DNA from: an uncultured virus (IMG/VR IMGVR_UViG_3300010885_055091)
Lineage: Duplodnaviria; Heunggongvirae; Uroviricota; Caudoviricetes
Strand: one strand, 5' to 3'
DNA: 64,000 bases
Virus record (IMG/VR): IMGVR_UViG_3300010885_055091
Coordinates: 62,001 to 126,000 of that record
In this document: positions 1 to 10,428 of the stretch, in pieces
How the letters are laid out: each line of letters starts with the position of its first letter
Numbering within the stretch: the stretch's first letter is position 1
The notes under the pieces: model-generated
Database searches by the model: none
Seen by the model: the letters and a program-made list of their open reading frames with translations, nothing else
What the model was told of the DNA's origin: nothing
Made by a program: the position numbers and the translations under genes

Positions 1-3000
1 GAAATATCGGCTGGAGGTACGGCCATTCTTCCGTTAGGTCTTACTTCTTATCCAGTTAGTCCTATTAAGACTACTATTGTCAACAGATTCATAAAGTCAG
101 AGTTTCCTTATTACGATTCGAAAGTACCTAGCACTAATGCTATTTCTATACTAATTCCGGAATTAATGGAAGCCGGAGATATTCCGGATAATATTTTTAC
201 TAAAGAACGTTTTGCTGATCTTGTATCACCTAATTCTTATAAATACCCCCTTGCTGTAGATAACACGAATGCTGCTAGATTCGGGCAACAAGCCCGTTAT
301 GGCCTAGACGGTTATATTCAACCTGAGACTCTTCCCTATGACCTAGGAAGCGTAAAGGTAGGGAAGTTCATATTTAATATAAATAGCGCTTCTTTATTGA
401 TGTTCGAATATACAAAAAATGGTCAGGATCTATTCATAGAGGCTTTTAATGCAGGAAATCCTTCAGTACGTCATTATGTAATTGACGATCAAGCTGAAAA
501 TCCTGGTTATTTAATAACTGTAAATGTAGAGAAAACCGCAGCGAACACTTACACACCAGATGTAGACCCTGACCCTTCCACCATCCTAGAACTTTCGGAT
601 AGATTCTTGGGTTATAGCATCAGGAATATTAATTCTGGAGCTTATACACTAGGTGTCCATGACTTTACACTGTTAGGAGACATAACCTCTGACTCTAGAA
701 CTCTTCAATTCGGATTAGCGACTTTATTATACTGGAAAACAGGTCCGGCAAATATTTTTGATGAAAACATATTTAATACCCCGGGCGCAGATATAGTTAA
801 GTTTACTAGTCCCTTAGCAGATAATGAAGGTGACAGTGCGATCCGCCTCGCAGATAAGATTACCTCTAATAGTACGATATTTTCAATACTTAATGCTAGA
901 TTAGAAGTCACATGTGGTGATGGAATAAATTCATATGGAGATTTCAACGGTTCTGACGCCATTTTTAAAGCTTGGCAGTATTTACATAATGATCCCGCAG
1001 ATGAAAGACCTGTCGTAATCAAGATTAAAGAAGGCACATATACTAATGCTGTTACTCTGACATTCACACGCAGTGTGACTATTGAAGGAATAGCTAAGGA
1101 TAAAGTATCCATAAATCGCACTACTCCAGGGGCTACTTTAAGATTCTTTAATACTCCAACGAACGCAAAGACTGACGTTATCTTAAGAAACCTATCCATT
1201 CTTAGTAACGAAAATTTTTGCATTTATAGTCGCGCAAATTTACTGGTAGAAAACTGCTATCTAAATAATATAGCTATATTCGGTAATCAAGAAAATGTAA
1301 TGTCCTCCTACTTAGCTCGATTCAGTAATTGTGAAATAGGTGCTTCCTCCGGTCTAAATATTCATCACAATATACATTTAATTTACGAAAATGACCCTTT
1401 ACTACCTGAAAAGATTCCGCTTCCTCCAGTAGTATTCGATAACTGTCTGATAAATAATAGTGATACCATTGATATAGGACTACTTAGAATTGACGGATCG
1501 TTTGACTATTCTGAGTTTTCAGGTGTTTATTTTGATAAATGCGTAATACGACTTGGAACCTATAGTAATGTTATTGCGCCTGACGGCATAAATACGAAAG
1601 GATTTAGAACTGAATATAATACTGGCCTAGTCGAACTACATCCCAAAACAGACGTCAGGACTGGTCCAGGGTTAGTAATTCATGAACTCAGATATGATAA
1701 GTGCCGTATAGAAGCATTAGATCAAAAATCTTTGATAATACAACTTACTGGGGATATAACCAGTAAAGAGCATGCAGATTATGCATCTCCTTCTGATTGG
1801 GGTAAAATTGAAAATTTGACATTTGATGGTACTGAAGTATATGCTCAACTTCAAGATGCACTTGAAAAAAGACTAGCCTATTTCTCTATTGGAGCAGGTG
1901 TAAAGAGTTTAAATATACTAAATACTAATTTTTATCCTTTGACTGTGGGGGACTTGGGATCTGTAGCTTATGTTCCAGAATGGTGGGTTTTTACCAATCC
2001 TTCAGTCAATATCACAAATGTCGGTAATCAAGATGTCAAAGCAAATATTTTAATAGGACCAAAGTCATATGTGATAAAAAACACTAAAATCAACAGTTTC
2101 CCTTGCAACTTAGGAAGTGGAGGGACAGATATGACCGACTCCTACTTCTTGATTACTGAAAATGGTTTAGTAGAAGATTTAACGTACGAAGGCACAACTC
2201 CCCAAAAATCTAAGGGTAACGGTACCCTTAATAGACCTATTCAGCACATAATACGTGGGGTAAAAGACCTACTTAGTCCATACGTTATGGATTATTCAAA
2301 AATATCATTCAATCGGGTACTTTTGCGAGGAGCAAACATTACAGGTTTAGTTACACAGTGGGTTTGCGTATCTCCAGTGAAGATTACTGGAGATAACATA
2401 AACGTGAATGAGATGCAAATAGAAGAATGGATATCCGATAATCAAAGTAAAAGTATAGCGGCGATCGTATCTCACGGGAATGACATTAAAATCACTAATA
2501 GTAGATTTGCCGACACACAATCTGGGATCCATTTTGCAGGGAATGGATCGGAAAACGTTAATGACAGTCCAAAAGAATCAGACAATATTACGGTTACGGG
2601 AAATTATGTAACATGTGGTAGTTACATAGGTGTTGCAAATCCTTCTAGCGGAATATTGTTCAATAACACAGGTTTTGATGCGACACAGATAAATATATCA
2701 GATAACTATGTAGTGAACATATCGTCAAATACCTTATTTGCAGGCATAAATTTGACAATACAAGAAAGACCCATTTTTCCTGATGTCTTAGTATTAAGAG
2801 ACAACAATACCCCGACTTTGTTCTGTACCAACAATAAAGTCGATGTTGGTTTCTCAAATATTAAATATTCCTATCGCATAAGACCTGCACAACAAAATTC
2901 CGCTTTTTCTACTACTCTCACTCCTGGTGCTGTTATATATGGGAATATAGGCGTTGTAAATAGAGGCACCATCTTAGTTCCCGACAATGCAAAATTCAAT

Positions 3001-3636
3001 ATAGCGGCATGGCAGACCCAACCAGTGCCACAGTATACGGCAATTACAAAGTATAACGATAAATTTGGTAAAATTATTGGAGCCGAAACCGATAATCAAT
3101 CGGTGATTCATGAAGCTAGACAGACCGCCAATGCTATTTTGACTCCGAACGTAGAGCACAGATTTGGAATTCCTATCTCGGTGTTTAATCTTCCAAATAG
3201 ATGGACTGTGAATTTAGATACAAATATTCAGATCACAGCTATTCCAACCGACATTTCAGATGTGTCTCTGGACTGGCAGTTTGCGATTCGTTTATACTAC
3301 TCCTTTGATAATGCAGCGTGGAACATACTTCCTGATACCTATATATTTGTTGGACCTTATGAATCTCGGGAAAAAAATCCTCCTGTACCGGCACCATTAA
3401 ATTGGGTGCCATTTAATATCAATGTAAATATTCCTGGGTTTTTAGAAAACTTAGCAGTGGATCATGACAGGATATATTTTGACGTGGCAGTGATGGCCAT
3501 GCCCATAGAACTAGATACCATATATAATGATATTGACGTCACTGTCAGTTATTCTGGTAATATCAGAGCTCCTCTAAAAGATTATGTTAGTGGAGCTAGA
3601 ATGCTGAATAACAACTGCATGTTGATTACTCCTTGA
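1..3636 (+). CDS. Tailspike/tail-associated protein with right-handed beta-helix (pectin-lyase-like); 5' end lies outside the window
   Basis: Frame is open from base 1. IKIKEGTY...VTIEG entry motif followed by Asn/Ile-rich beta-helix-like repeats. Confidence 0.6.
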   Translation, partial: EISAGGTAILPLGLTSYPVSPIKTTIVNRFIKSEFPYYDSKVPSTNAISILIPELMEAGDIPDNIFTKERFADLVSPNSYKYPLAVDNTNAARFGQQARYGLDGYIQPETLPYDLGSVKVGKFIFNINSASLLMFEYTKNGQDLFIEAFNAGNPSVRHYVIDDQAENPGYLITVNVEKTAANTYTPDVDPDPSTILELSDRFLGYSIRNINSGAYTLGVHDFTLLGDITSDSRTLQFGLATLLYWKTGPANIFDENIFNTPGADIVKFTSPLADNEGDSAIRLADKITSNSTIFSILNARLEVTCGDGINSYGDFNGSDAIFKAWQYLHNDPADERPVVIKIKEGTYTNAVTLTFTRSVTIEGIAKDKVSINRTTPGATLRFFNTPTNAKTDVILRNLSILSNENFCIYSRANLLVENCYLNNIAIFGNQENVMSSYLARFSNCEIGASSGLNIHHNIHLIYENDPLLPEKIPLPPVVFDNCLINNSDTIDIGLLRIDGSFDYSEFSGVYFDKCVIRLGTYSNVIAPDGINTKGFRTEYNTGLVELHPKTDVRTGPGLVIHELRYDKCRIEALDQKSLIIQLTGDITSKEHADYASPSDWGKIENLTFDGTEVYAQLQDALEKRLAYFSIGAGVKSLNILNTNFYPLTVGDLGSVAYVPEWWVFTNPSVNITNVGNQDVKANILIGPKSYVIKNTKINSFPCNLGSGGTDMTDSYFLITENGLVEDLTYEGTTPQKSKGNGTLNRPIQHIIRGVKDLLSPYVMDYSKISFNRVLLRGANITGLVTQWVCVSPVKITGDNINVNEMQIEEWISDNQSKSIAAIVSHGNDIKITNSRFADTQSGIHFAGNGSENVNDSPKESDNITVTGNYVTCGSYIGVANPSSGILFNNTGFDATQINISDNYVVNISSNTLFAGINLTIQERPIFPDVLVLRDNNTPTLFCTNNKVDVGFSNIKYSYRIRPAQQNSAFSTTLTPGAVIYGNIGVVNRGTILVPDNAKFNIAAWQTQPVPQYTAITKYNDKFGKIIGAETDNQSVIHEARQTANAILTPNVEHRFGIPISVFNLPNRWTVNLDTNIQITAIPTDISDVSLDWQFAIRLYYSFDNAAWNILPDTYIFVGPYESREKNPPVPAPLNWVPFNINVNIPGFLENLAVDHDRIYFDVAVMAMPIELDTIYNDIDVTVSYSGNIRAPLKDYVSGARMLNNNCMLITP

Positions 3637-3654
3637 TTTAGTGTATTTTTGCGG

Positions 3655-5715
3655 ATGGACTCCGATAGTTTAAACCATCTTCGAGAAATACGCAAGTTAA
3701 CGAATCCTAGTATAAAACATTCTAGTTATCTTAAGTCGTATTACCAAGATAATGGCGGCATTTCTCATACAATAAAAATTCGTGATTATCAGGTGATTGG
3801 AGTAATGAATATGCTTCAATCACCTAAAATGATTTTGGCGGATGATACTGGACTTGGAAAGACTCTCCAGGTACTAAACACTATCGGATATATTTGGTTA
3901 AAGGAACCAGAATATCTTCCCATTGTCGTTACTACAAAATCAGCGCTGTTTCAATGGGAGGCTGAATGTCGTAAATTCATGCAAAATATGGAACCACTAA
4001 CTGTTAGTGGAGAGCCGCATGAAAGGAACAAAGGGTACCTGGAATTCTTTTCTGAATCAGACGGAAAAAGGGTGCTTCTACTAACATATGACTCTCTTGT
4101 ACGAGATATTGATTCTGCTATTGTTAAAGATAAAGGTGTAAAAGCGGACCCAAAAGATAGAAAATTATTAAAAGAAGCTAAGAAGAATGAAAAGATAATA
4201 AAGGAGGGTCATGATTCTTTGGAATCTGCTCTTAAGGACATAACAGACTCTGGGACGTTCAATACGCTGGAGTATGTATTTGGTCGGACAAATGGTAAAT
4301 CATTAAGTATTCCACCTGATTGGTCTAAGAAGCAAGAGGAACTATTAAAGGAGTTTATCGAACAAAAGAAAGCATTGAAAGATATTCGGAATGAAATAAA
4401 GAAATTAAACGACAAAATCGCTCCTCCTATGAGAACGGAGGGTATCCTGGATTTAATGACTGCACTTAAAGAAAGAAATCCTAATTTAAAATATATGATT
4501 GCATTGGACGAAGTCCATAAAATAAAAAATCATAAAAGTCAAGTACACGAGAAGATAAAAGAGATATCCGATATCTGCGATAGGGTCATAGGAATGACTG
4601 CTACTCCTGTTAAAAACAGGCTCATGGAATTTTATGGGATATTCCGTGTGATTAATCCTAGTTTATTTTCGAAGGTAGGAATATTTCAAAATGAATATTG
4701 TGTAGTGAAATTACAAAAAATTCCGGGAGGAAGACAGGTACCGATAATAGTAGGTTATAAAAATTTAGATAAATTCGTGGAGAAGATTGAGCCATATTTT
4801 CTTTCTCGTAAAAAACAAGATGTGGCTAAAGAACTTCCTGAGTTAATATCGGTTGAAGTTCAGTGTGAACTTTCCGATATTCAAGATGATTTATATGATA
4901 TGGCTGAAAATGGTGTGGGTAACATAAATGATGATGACGATTTTAGTGATATTTTATCCAGTTTGGTGATGTGTCAGCAAGCAGTAGATGCACCATCTCT
5001 CATTTTAGATGAAGAAGGAAAACCATTCGCAGGAACGAGTACGAAATTAGACATCCTGATAGATATGCTGGAGGGTGATATATCTGGCAGGAAAGTCATT
5101 ATTTTTAGTAGATTTGAAAAAATGATAAGCGTAGTCGATACTGAATTAAAAAAGAGGAATATAAACTATGTAAGAATTACTGGCAAGGAAACTGATCCCA
5201 AATATAGACAGAGTGCCCGTGAAAAATTCCAGGACCCAGATTCAAGTATAAATGTGATTTTGATCACAATGGCAGGTTCTGAGTCTCTAAATCTCCAAGC
5301 AGCGGAACACTTTATCTTCTTGGATTTACCTTGGAGTTATGGAGACTACCTTCAATTAATTGGTCGAATGATACGAATTGGTTCTAACCATTACACGGTA
5401 GTGGCTCACCATTTCTTAGGTAAAAGGAAAAATGGTGAGAATACTATAGACCACCATGTTCTAAAAGCTCTACAGTCTAAAAAGAAGTTGGCTGATAAAG
5501 TTTCGGGTGACTCTCTCAAGGATGGGTTAAAACTAGATAGTCAGGATGCAGTCCAAGACATATTGCAGTCTTTTAGAAGTCGTGGGGCTTCTAGTGCTCA
5601 CAAACCCATTGTAAAACATATGCAGAAAAAAATTACTATTAAGCGGGTCATAAATTCGAAAACATTAGAAAAAGACGTTATAGAGTCTCTAGAGATAGAC
5701 CTTTCTGATATTTAG
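3655..5715 (+). CDS. SNF2-family (SF2) helicase/ATPase with a charged insertion
   Basis: ILADDTGLGKT, DEVH, TATP, QLIGRMIRIG. Start moved to ATG 3655, 5 nt after a GTATTTT element. Confidence 0.9.
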   Translation: MDSDSLNHLREIRKLTNPSIKHSSYLKSYYQDNGGISHTIKIRDYQVIGVMNMLQSPKMILADDTGLGKTLQVLNTIGYIWLKEPEYLPIVVTTKSALFQWEAECRKFMQNMEPLTVSGEPHERNKGYLEFFSESDGKRVLLLTYDSLVRDIDSAIVKDKGVKADPKDRKLLKEAKKNEKIIKEGHDSLESALKDITDSGTFNTLEYVFGRTNGKSLSIPPDWSKKQEELLKEFIEQKKALKDIRNEIKKLNDKIAPPMRTEGILDLMTALKERNPNLKYMIALDEVHKIKNHKSQVHEKIKEISDICDRVIGMTATPVKNRLMEFYGIFRVINPSLFSKVGIFQNEYCVVKLQKIPGGRQVPIIVGYKNLDKFVEKIEPYFLSRKKQDVAKELPELISVEVQCELSDIQDDLYDMAENGVGNINDDDDFSDILSSLVMCQQAVDAPSLILDEEGKPFAGTSTKLDILIDMLEGDISGRKVIIFSRFEKMISVVDTELKKRNINYVRITGKETDPKYRQSAREKFQDPDSSINVILITMAGSESLNLQAAEHFIFLDLPWSYGDYLQLIGRMIRIGSNHYTVVAHHFLGKRKNGENTIDHHVLKALQSKKKLADKVSGDSLKDGLKLDSQDAVQDILQSFRSRGASSAHKPIVKHMQKKITIKRVINSKTLEKDVIESLEIDLSDI

Positions 5716-5741
5716 TAGATGAAGGGTCGGTATTGTACATC

Positions 5742-6335
5742 ATGAGACCAAAACTTGCAGACTTGTTTAATAAATACGGTAGCGATAAGTCAATAAATGG
5801 ATATGCTCCGTTATATCGCACTCTATTTGAGGACATGCGGTCAAAGCACATAGATTTTATGGAAATAGGGATCGGTACAATGATTCCCGGAGCGAGTTCG
5901 TCCATGGTTGGTTATGCCTTACCGGGTTATGCGCCTGGCGGTTCATTGAGAGCTTGGAGAGATTACTTCGATAATGGCCGGGTATATGGAGTGGACATAG
6001 CTCCTGACACGCAGTTTTCAGAGGAAAGAATCACTACTTATTTATGCAATTCGACAGATATTGGAGAAGTTGACTCCTTGATCCAAAAGAATGACGTTCC
6101 GCAAATGGATGTTATTCTTGATGATGGATGTCATGCTTCTGAGAGCCAGATCGCCACTCTTAAGAATCTGTGGCCGTTGTTACGAGCTGGCGGCATATAC
6201 GTGATTGAAGACATATTTCCCGGAAGTGCCACGTCTTCTAATCCAGACCTTATAAAATCTGTGGTAGGTGATGAGGACTTCTTTTATGTCGGATTCCTAA
6301 ATAATCAGTGTGTGATACGAAAAACGATTCGCTAA
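5742..6335 (+). CDS. Class I SAM-dependent methyltransferase (sugar O-methyltransferase-like)
   Basis: EIGIG, GGSLRAWRDYF, ILDDGCH, GGIYVIEDI motifs. Confidence 0.75.
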   Translation: MRPKLADLFNKYGSDKSINGYAPLYRTLFEDMRSKHIDFMEIGIGTMIPGASSSMVGYALPGYAPGGSLRAWRDYFDNGRVYGVDIAPDTQFSEERITTYLCNSTDIGEVDSLIQKNDVPQMDVILDDGCHASESQIATLKNLWPLLRAGGIYVIEDIFPGSATSSNPDLIKSVVGDEDFFYVGFLNNQCVIRKTIR

Positions 6336-6369
6336 TCTAAATATGTAGCTTGATGTAATATTTTTTCAT

Positions 6370-7251
6370 ATGCAAAAGTGCAGTTTTTGTTTTGGACTTG
6401 GGGTCATTGAAAAAGAAGGGAAATCTTTTGAATGTACATGTTCATTTATTAAGCGAATATCAGCTTCGATGCCTTTATATATTCGCAAAGCCGAAATCAG
6501 GAAAGAACATCTAGAATTACCTATTCTAGAAATGATGCGCAAGCATATAATGGTAATAGCAAGTTGGGCTGACGGAAAGTCCATATTAAAAGGAATGATG
6601 ATAGGTAATCCTTCGAAGTTAATAAAAGTGACTTCGGACAGAGAAATACGAGACGTATTCGTAGGGTCTAAATCCCGCGCAGCAAAGGGGGATGAAGATG
6701 GGAAAATATATAATAGTCTTGAAGACTTAATGGAACCTCCCGACTTAATGGTTATAAGATTAAATGAATTATCCTATAAAAATAGAGCAGCATCAGGAGC
6801 ACTTGAAGAGGCTATTAATTATAGAGTGGATAGGGATAAAGCTACTTGGTTATTTTCAGACATGGACAAACCATTTACTATTGGCAGCTTTGCTTTCTCG
6901 GATTCTGTTTCGGATATGATTAAAACGTACTTTCTTACTTACAGAGTAAACAGGATTTTACCCACTAATTATAATAATGAAGATATTATTCCGATAGTCA
7001 TAAACCAGGAAGTAACACCACTAATGTCAGTTTCAGTAACACCACTAATGTCAGTTGCAATAACACAGGAAGGTACACCGAAGGTTTTTAACGAACCCGA
7101 AGAACCAGAAGCATCATCACCACATCTAGAACTAAAGGAAACCCAAAGGAAGCCTCGTATAAGGCCGTCCGAGGATGAAGATGCGGACGCGGGTCTTTCG
7201 ATGTATGGGTCGGGAATATCTAGTGCGAAAAAGTTTAAGAGGAAGAACTGA
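6370..7251 (+). CDS. DnaC/IstB-like helicase-loader homologue, ATPase motifs degenerate
   Basis: N-terminal CxxCxGxG...CxC zinc finger; PDLMVIRL at the Walker B position; coupled to dnaB. Confidence 0.5.
   Translation: MQKCSFCFGLGVIEKEGKSFECTCSFIKRISASMPLYIRKAEIRKEHLELPILEMMRKHIMVIASWADGKSILKGMMIGNPSKLIKVTSDREIRDVFVGSKSRAAKGDEDGKIYNSLEDLMEPPDLMVIRLNELSYKNRAASGALEEAINYRVDRDKATWLFSDMDKPFTIGSFAFSDSVSDMIKTYFLTYRVNRILPTNYNNEDIIPIVINQEVTPLMSVSVTPLMSVAITQEGTPKVFNEPEEPEASSPHLELKETQRKPRIRPSEDEDADAGLSMYGSGISSAKKFKRKN
7011..7056. repeat. In-frame tandem duplication, 24-bp period (VTPLMSV x2)
   Basis: agtaacaccactaatgtcagtt at 7011 and 7035. Confidence 0.9.
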
Positions 7252-8759
7252 TGGAACGCATTATTAGATCAGTTTTTCAGGTAGGTAGTGCTCCTGATGC
7301 CGAAGAGGCACTCGCGAATTGGCATAAGTTAATTAGTCATAAATTAGGGTTTTACGTAGAGGAAGATAAGAAAATATATGAGTATTTAGAAACATTCTAT
7401 GAACAAATGTCTGCTCCTCCCGATTTCACTTTAATTCGGGAATACTTCGAGAAAAAGGATGATATTGAAGTCTGCAGCAGGCTAGACGAAATTAAATCTG
7501 TTCAGTTTTACATACGAACGAATTTTCTTTCGATAGTAAGATCTGAATTAGAACAACAGCAGGTCAAGTCGTTTATAATTGCATGTCGCGATGCATCAGT
7601 CATAGCCGAGCATGGACGAAATCTAGATAAACCAATAGAAGGTAAGAAGGTGCTTCGCGGAGTCCAAGACGCTACGGGCTTCATGTTTGATAAAATGTCA
7701 AATTTCTCCCACTTCGAATCTGGAGAAAAATTAGAAGGATTCATAGAAGAAGACGCTGATGAGTTCTTAGATGAGTACAATATAACGACAAAGTCTGATT
7801 CATACAGCGGCAGGAATATCTTCGGAATGGAACCGGTCGATGCTGCAGGTGATGGCCATAAATCGGGAGAGTTATGGGTCCACTGCGCATACCCAGGAGA
7901 GTTAAAGACGACTCTCGCCTTAAACTATGCATATAATAATTCTTACCTTTTCGGAAAAAATATATTTTATGGTATTTTCGAAATGCCATATAAACAGTTA
8001 AGAAGGCAACTTTACGTACTACATAGTTCTCACGGTAAGTTCGTGACAGAATGGTACAGAGAGGACATAAAGGCTGGTAGACCCAATCCGTATGTTGGTC
8101 TGGATTACCGAAAAGTTAGAGACGGTAAATTAGATGAACTTGATTTCGAAAGGCTAAAAGTCATAGCTCAAGATTTTCAAGCAAACAGCAAAGGGAAACT
8201 TTATGTATGGAGACCCCCAATGCAAGTCAGCGCAGAGGAGGTTAGGAAAAAGGCGGAAATGTTTCATAATAAATATGGATGTGACGGGATTATATTAGAT
8301 AATATGGGTAATTTGAAACCAAAATACAGGACCAATGATTTCGTTACCATGATTAACTCGGTAGTAACCGAATGTCGATTTTTAGCACTGAATTTTGCCC
8401 GTGGAAATACGGTACCTGTATTAGGGTTATTCCACATGAATAGACAAGGAAAACTCAGAGCCGATAAGGCTGATGGAAGATACGACAGTGCTGCTATCTC
8501 TTACGCTAACCAATTAGAAAAAGATGCTGACGTAATCACATATACTTATTTAAATGATCAATTAAGACAACAAGCGCAATTCTATATGGGATGTCTGAAG
8601 AATCGTGATAATCCAGTTTTCCCACAATTTGTAGGAAAAATTTTTTGGCTTAGTAAGAGAATGAGGCATCTGGAAACTGGGATGTTAAGCATGACTCAGG
8701 ATAGAATCATGTCGGCTTCACAGCAGATTAGTTTCACGGCAGAAGATATGATTACTTAA
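7251..8759 (+). CDS. dnaB: Replicative DnaB-like helicase
   Basis: AYPGELKTT Walker A variant, FEM, IILDN, HMNR, EKDAD, KNRD. Confidence 0.85.
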   Translation: MERIIRSVFQVGSAPDAEEALANWHKLISHKLGFYVEEDKKIYEYLETFYEQMSAPPDFTLIREYFEKKDDIEVCSRLDEIKSVQFYIRTNFLSIVRSELEQQQVKSFIIACRDASVIAEHGRNLDKPIEGKKVLRGVQDATGFMFDKMSNFSHFESGEKLEGFIEEDADEFLDEYNITTKSDSYSGRNIFGMEPVDAAGDGHKSGELWVHCAYPGELKTTLALNYAYNNSYLFGKNIFYGIFEMPYKQLRRQLYVLHSSHGKFVTEWYREDIKAGRPNPYVGLDYRKVRDGKLDELDFERLKVIAQDFQANSKGKLYVWRPPMQVSAEEVRKKAEMFHNKYGCDGIILDNMGNLKPKYRTNDFVTMINSVVTECRFLALNFARGNTVPVLGLFHMNRQGKLRADKADGRYDSAAISYANQLEKDADVITYTYLNDQLRQQAQFYMGCLKNRDNPVFPQFVGKIFWLSKRMRHLETGMLSMTQDRIMSASQQISFTAEDMIT

Positions 8760-8783
8760 GCTCTTGAATTTTTCGTAAAAAAT

Positions 8784-9437
8784 ATGGATGTGAACCTTCA
8801 TAAAATAGCGTATAGATTAGCAAAAGTACGAGATATACATGGTAAGTTCAATATCAGTTATTTTAAATCCCTCAATGACCCTGGAAAGATAAATACATAT
8901 CTTGAGGAATCTCTGGAAGAAATCGGCAGGTCTACTCGTGCGGTTTTTACCCTGACCAGTTCGAAAGTAGTCAAAGTAGCGACCAATGATAAAGATCTTC
9001 CTATAGGTATTTCGCAGAACGAATCAGAAGTAAATTTTTACACTAATCCGCTAACTAAGCTCGTTAGTACGAAAATACTGGAGTACCACCCATCATTTTA
9101 CTGGATCATATCCGAACTAGTAAAACCTATATCTGATAGTGAATTTGAAAAATTTTCTGGTGGTACTCTATCAGATATTGATTATGTGGTTTTTAGAATG
9201 GAAGACGAGTCATTGTCGGCCCAGGATATTTTAAAATTAAAAAAAGAATCCTCCGAAGGATTTCCCCATGACGATTTTATCAAATTGTTAGGGGATCTTA
9301 AAGAATCAGGGATGAAACTTAATGACTTAGCTTTATCAAGCAGTTGGGGTAGGACTTCTTCTGGAAAAGTCGTACTACTTGACTACGGTCTCACCCCAGA
9401 ATTAATGAAAAATATAGAAAAAAGACGCAAAGGTTAA
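8784..9437 (+). CDS. Protein-kinase-like protein
   Basis: GRSTRAVF, VVKVA, QNESE, WIISE, DL..SSWG, VVLLDYG. Confidence 0.6.
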   Translation: MDVNLHKIAYRLAKVRDIHGKFNISYFKSLNDPGKINTYLEESLEEIGRSTRAVFTLTSSKVVKVATNDKDLPIGISQNESEVNFYTNPLTKLVSTKILEYHPSFYWIISELVKPISDSEFEKFSGGTLSDIDYVVFRMEDESLSAQDILKLKKESSEGFPHDDFIKLLGDLKESGMKLNDLALSSSWGRTSSGKVVLLDYGLTPELMKNIEKRRKG

Positions 9438-9940
9438 ACGTCTTTTTGGCCAAACACATAGCGTTTGGCCTTGGAAACCCTGTCTGCGGCTTCCGATAAC
9501 GACTGATTAACCCACTGAGGTAATTCATCGTTCATATTAAGCATTTCCATCAATTCTATTAAATCATGACACATATTCTTTACATTACTAAATGCCATAT
9601 ATGACACTGGACCACCATCTCTCGGATGTTCTCGCAAAATTACACTAGGATCCATCATGGCAGTGTTTTCTACAGTATCATAACTAGCCACATTAAGCTG
9701 ATTCTGTATGGGATTTAGAAACTCACACCCACAATTTACGCAACAATGAGGATTATGATTATGATGGTCACACTCTGCACATTCGTGGGTAGGATTCGGT
9801 AAATTTAAAAGATGTTTATCGAAATCTTCTCCTTCTATCACGAACCGAAGACCACACTGAGTACAAGTAAGACAGTTATTATAGCAAGAATTATCACATT
9901 TTTTGCAGACTAAAAAACAGGATGGATCAAATATTATCAT
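9434..9940 (-). CDS. Cys/His-rich hypothetical protein
   Basis: Multiple CxxC motifs, helical C-terminus, fills the gap between + genes. Confidence 0.55.
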   Translation of the reverse strand: MIIFDPSCFLVCKKCDNSCYNNCLTCTQCGLRFVIEGEDFDKHLLNLPNPTHECAECDHHNHNPHCCVNCGCEFLNPIQNQLNVASYDTVENTAMMDPSVILREHPRDGGPVSYMAFSNVKNMCHDLIELMEMLNMNDELPQWVNQSLSEAADRVSKAKRYVFGQKDV

Positions 9941-9991
9941 AGTCGCATTATCGATTAAAACGTTATAGATCCTTATTTCAGGATTTTTACT

Positions 9992-10393
9992 ATGGATAGT
10001 TACTTTATTGAGCGAATTGCTAGTGGTATATCTAGATCAGCCGGAATTCCTAAGAAGTATGATCATATAGATTTCAAGCCACCGAAATCTGTACAAAAAG
10101 CAGCCGAATCAGGTTTAAATATGAGAGGTGAATTCGGGAGAGGCGGTACTGAAGTTGGCGTTGCTAGAGCTAGAGATTTATCAAACGATACTCAGATAAG
10201 CCCTAAGACTGCTCGAAGAATGAAGGCGTATTTTGATCGCCATGAAATTGATAAAAAAGGAAAAGGCTGGAGCCCCAGCGGGGAAGGATACCCAAGTGCA
10301 GGTCGAATAGCCTGGTTATTGTGGGGTGGTGATCCAGGAAGGTCTTGGGCAAATAAACTGGTAAAACAAATGAACGCAGCTGACGATAAATAG
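9992..10393 (+). CDS. Conserved phage protein, probably head-associated
   Basis: GRGGTEVGVARARDL and GYPSAGRIAWLLWGGD resemble a domain seen near phage head genes; N-terminal RIA motif. Confidence 0.55.
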   Translation: MDSYFIERIASGISRSAGIPKKYDHIDFKPPKSVQKAAESGLNMRGEFGRGGTEVGVARARDLSNDTQISPKTARRMKAYFDRHEIDKKGKGWSPSGEGYPSAGRIAWLLWGGDPGRSWANKLVKQMNAADDK

Positions 10394-10428
10394 TAATAAT
10401 AGGCCATTTATCTTAAGCTGTAAGTAGT

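Noticed and set aside
4110..4490. Large insertion in the SNF2 helicase as an intein
   Set aside because: No Cys/Ser start, His-Asn end or LAGLIDADG motif; it reads as a charged coiled coil.
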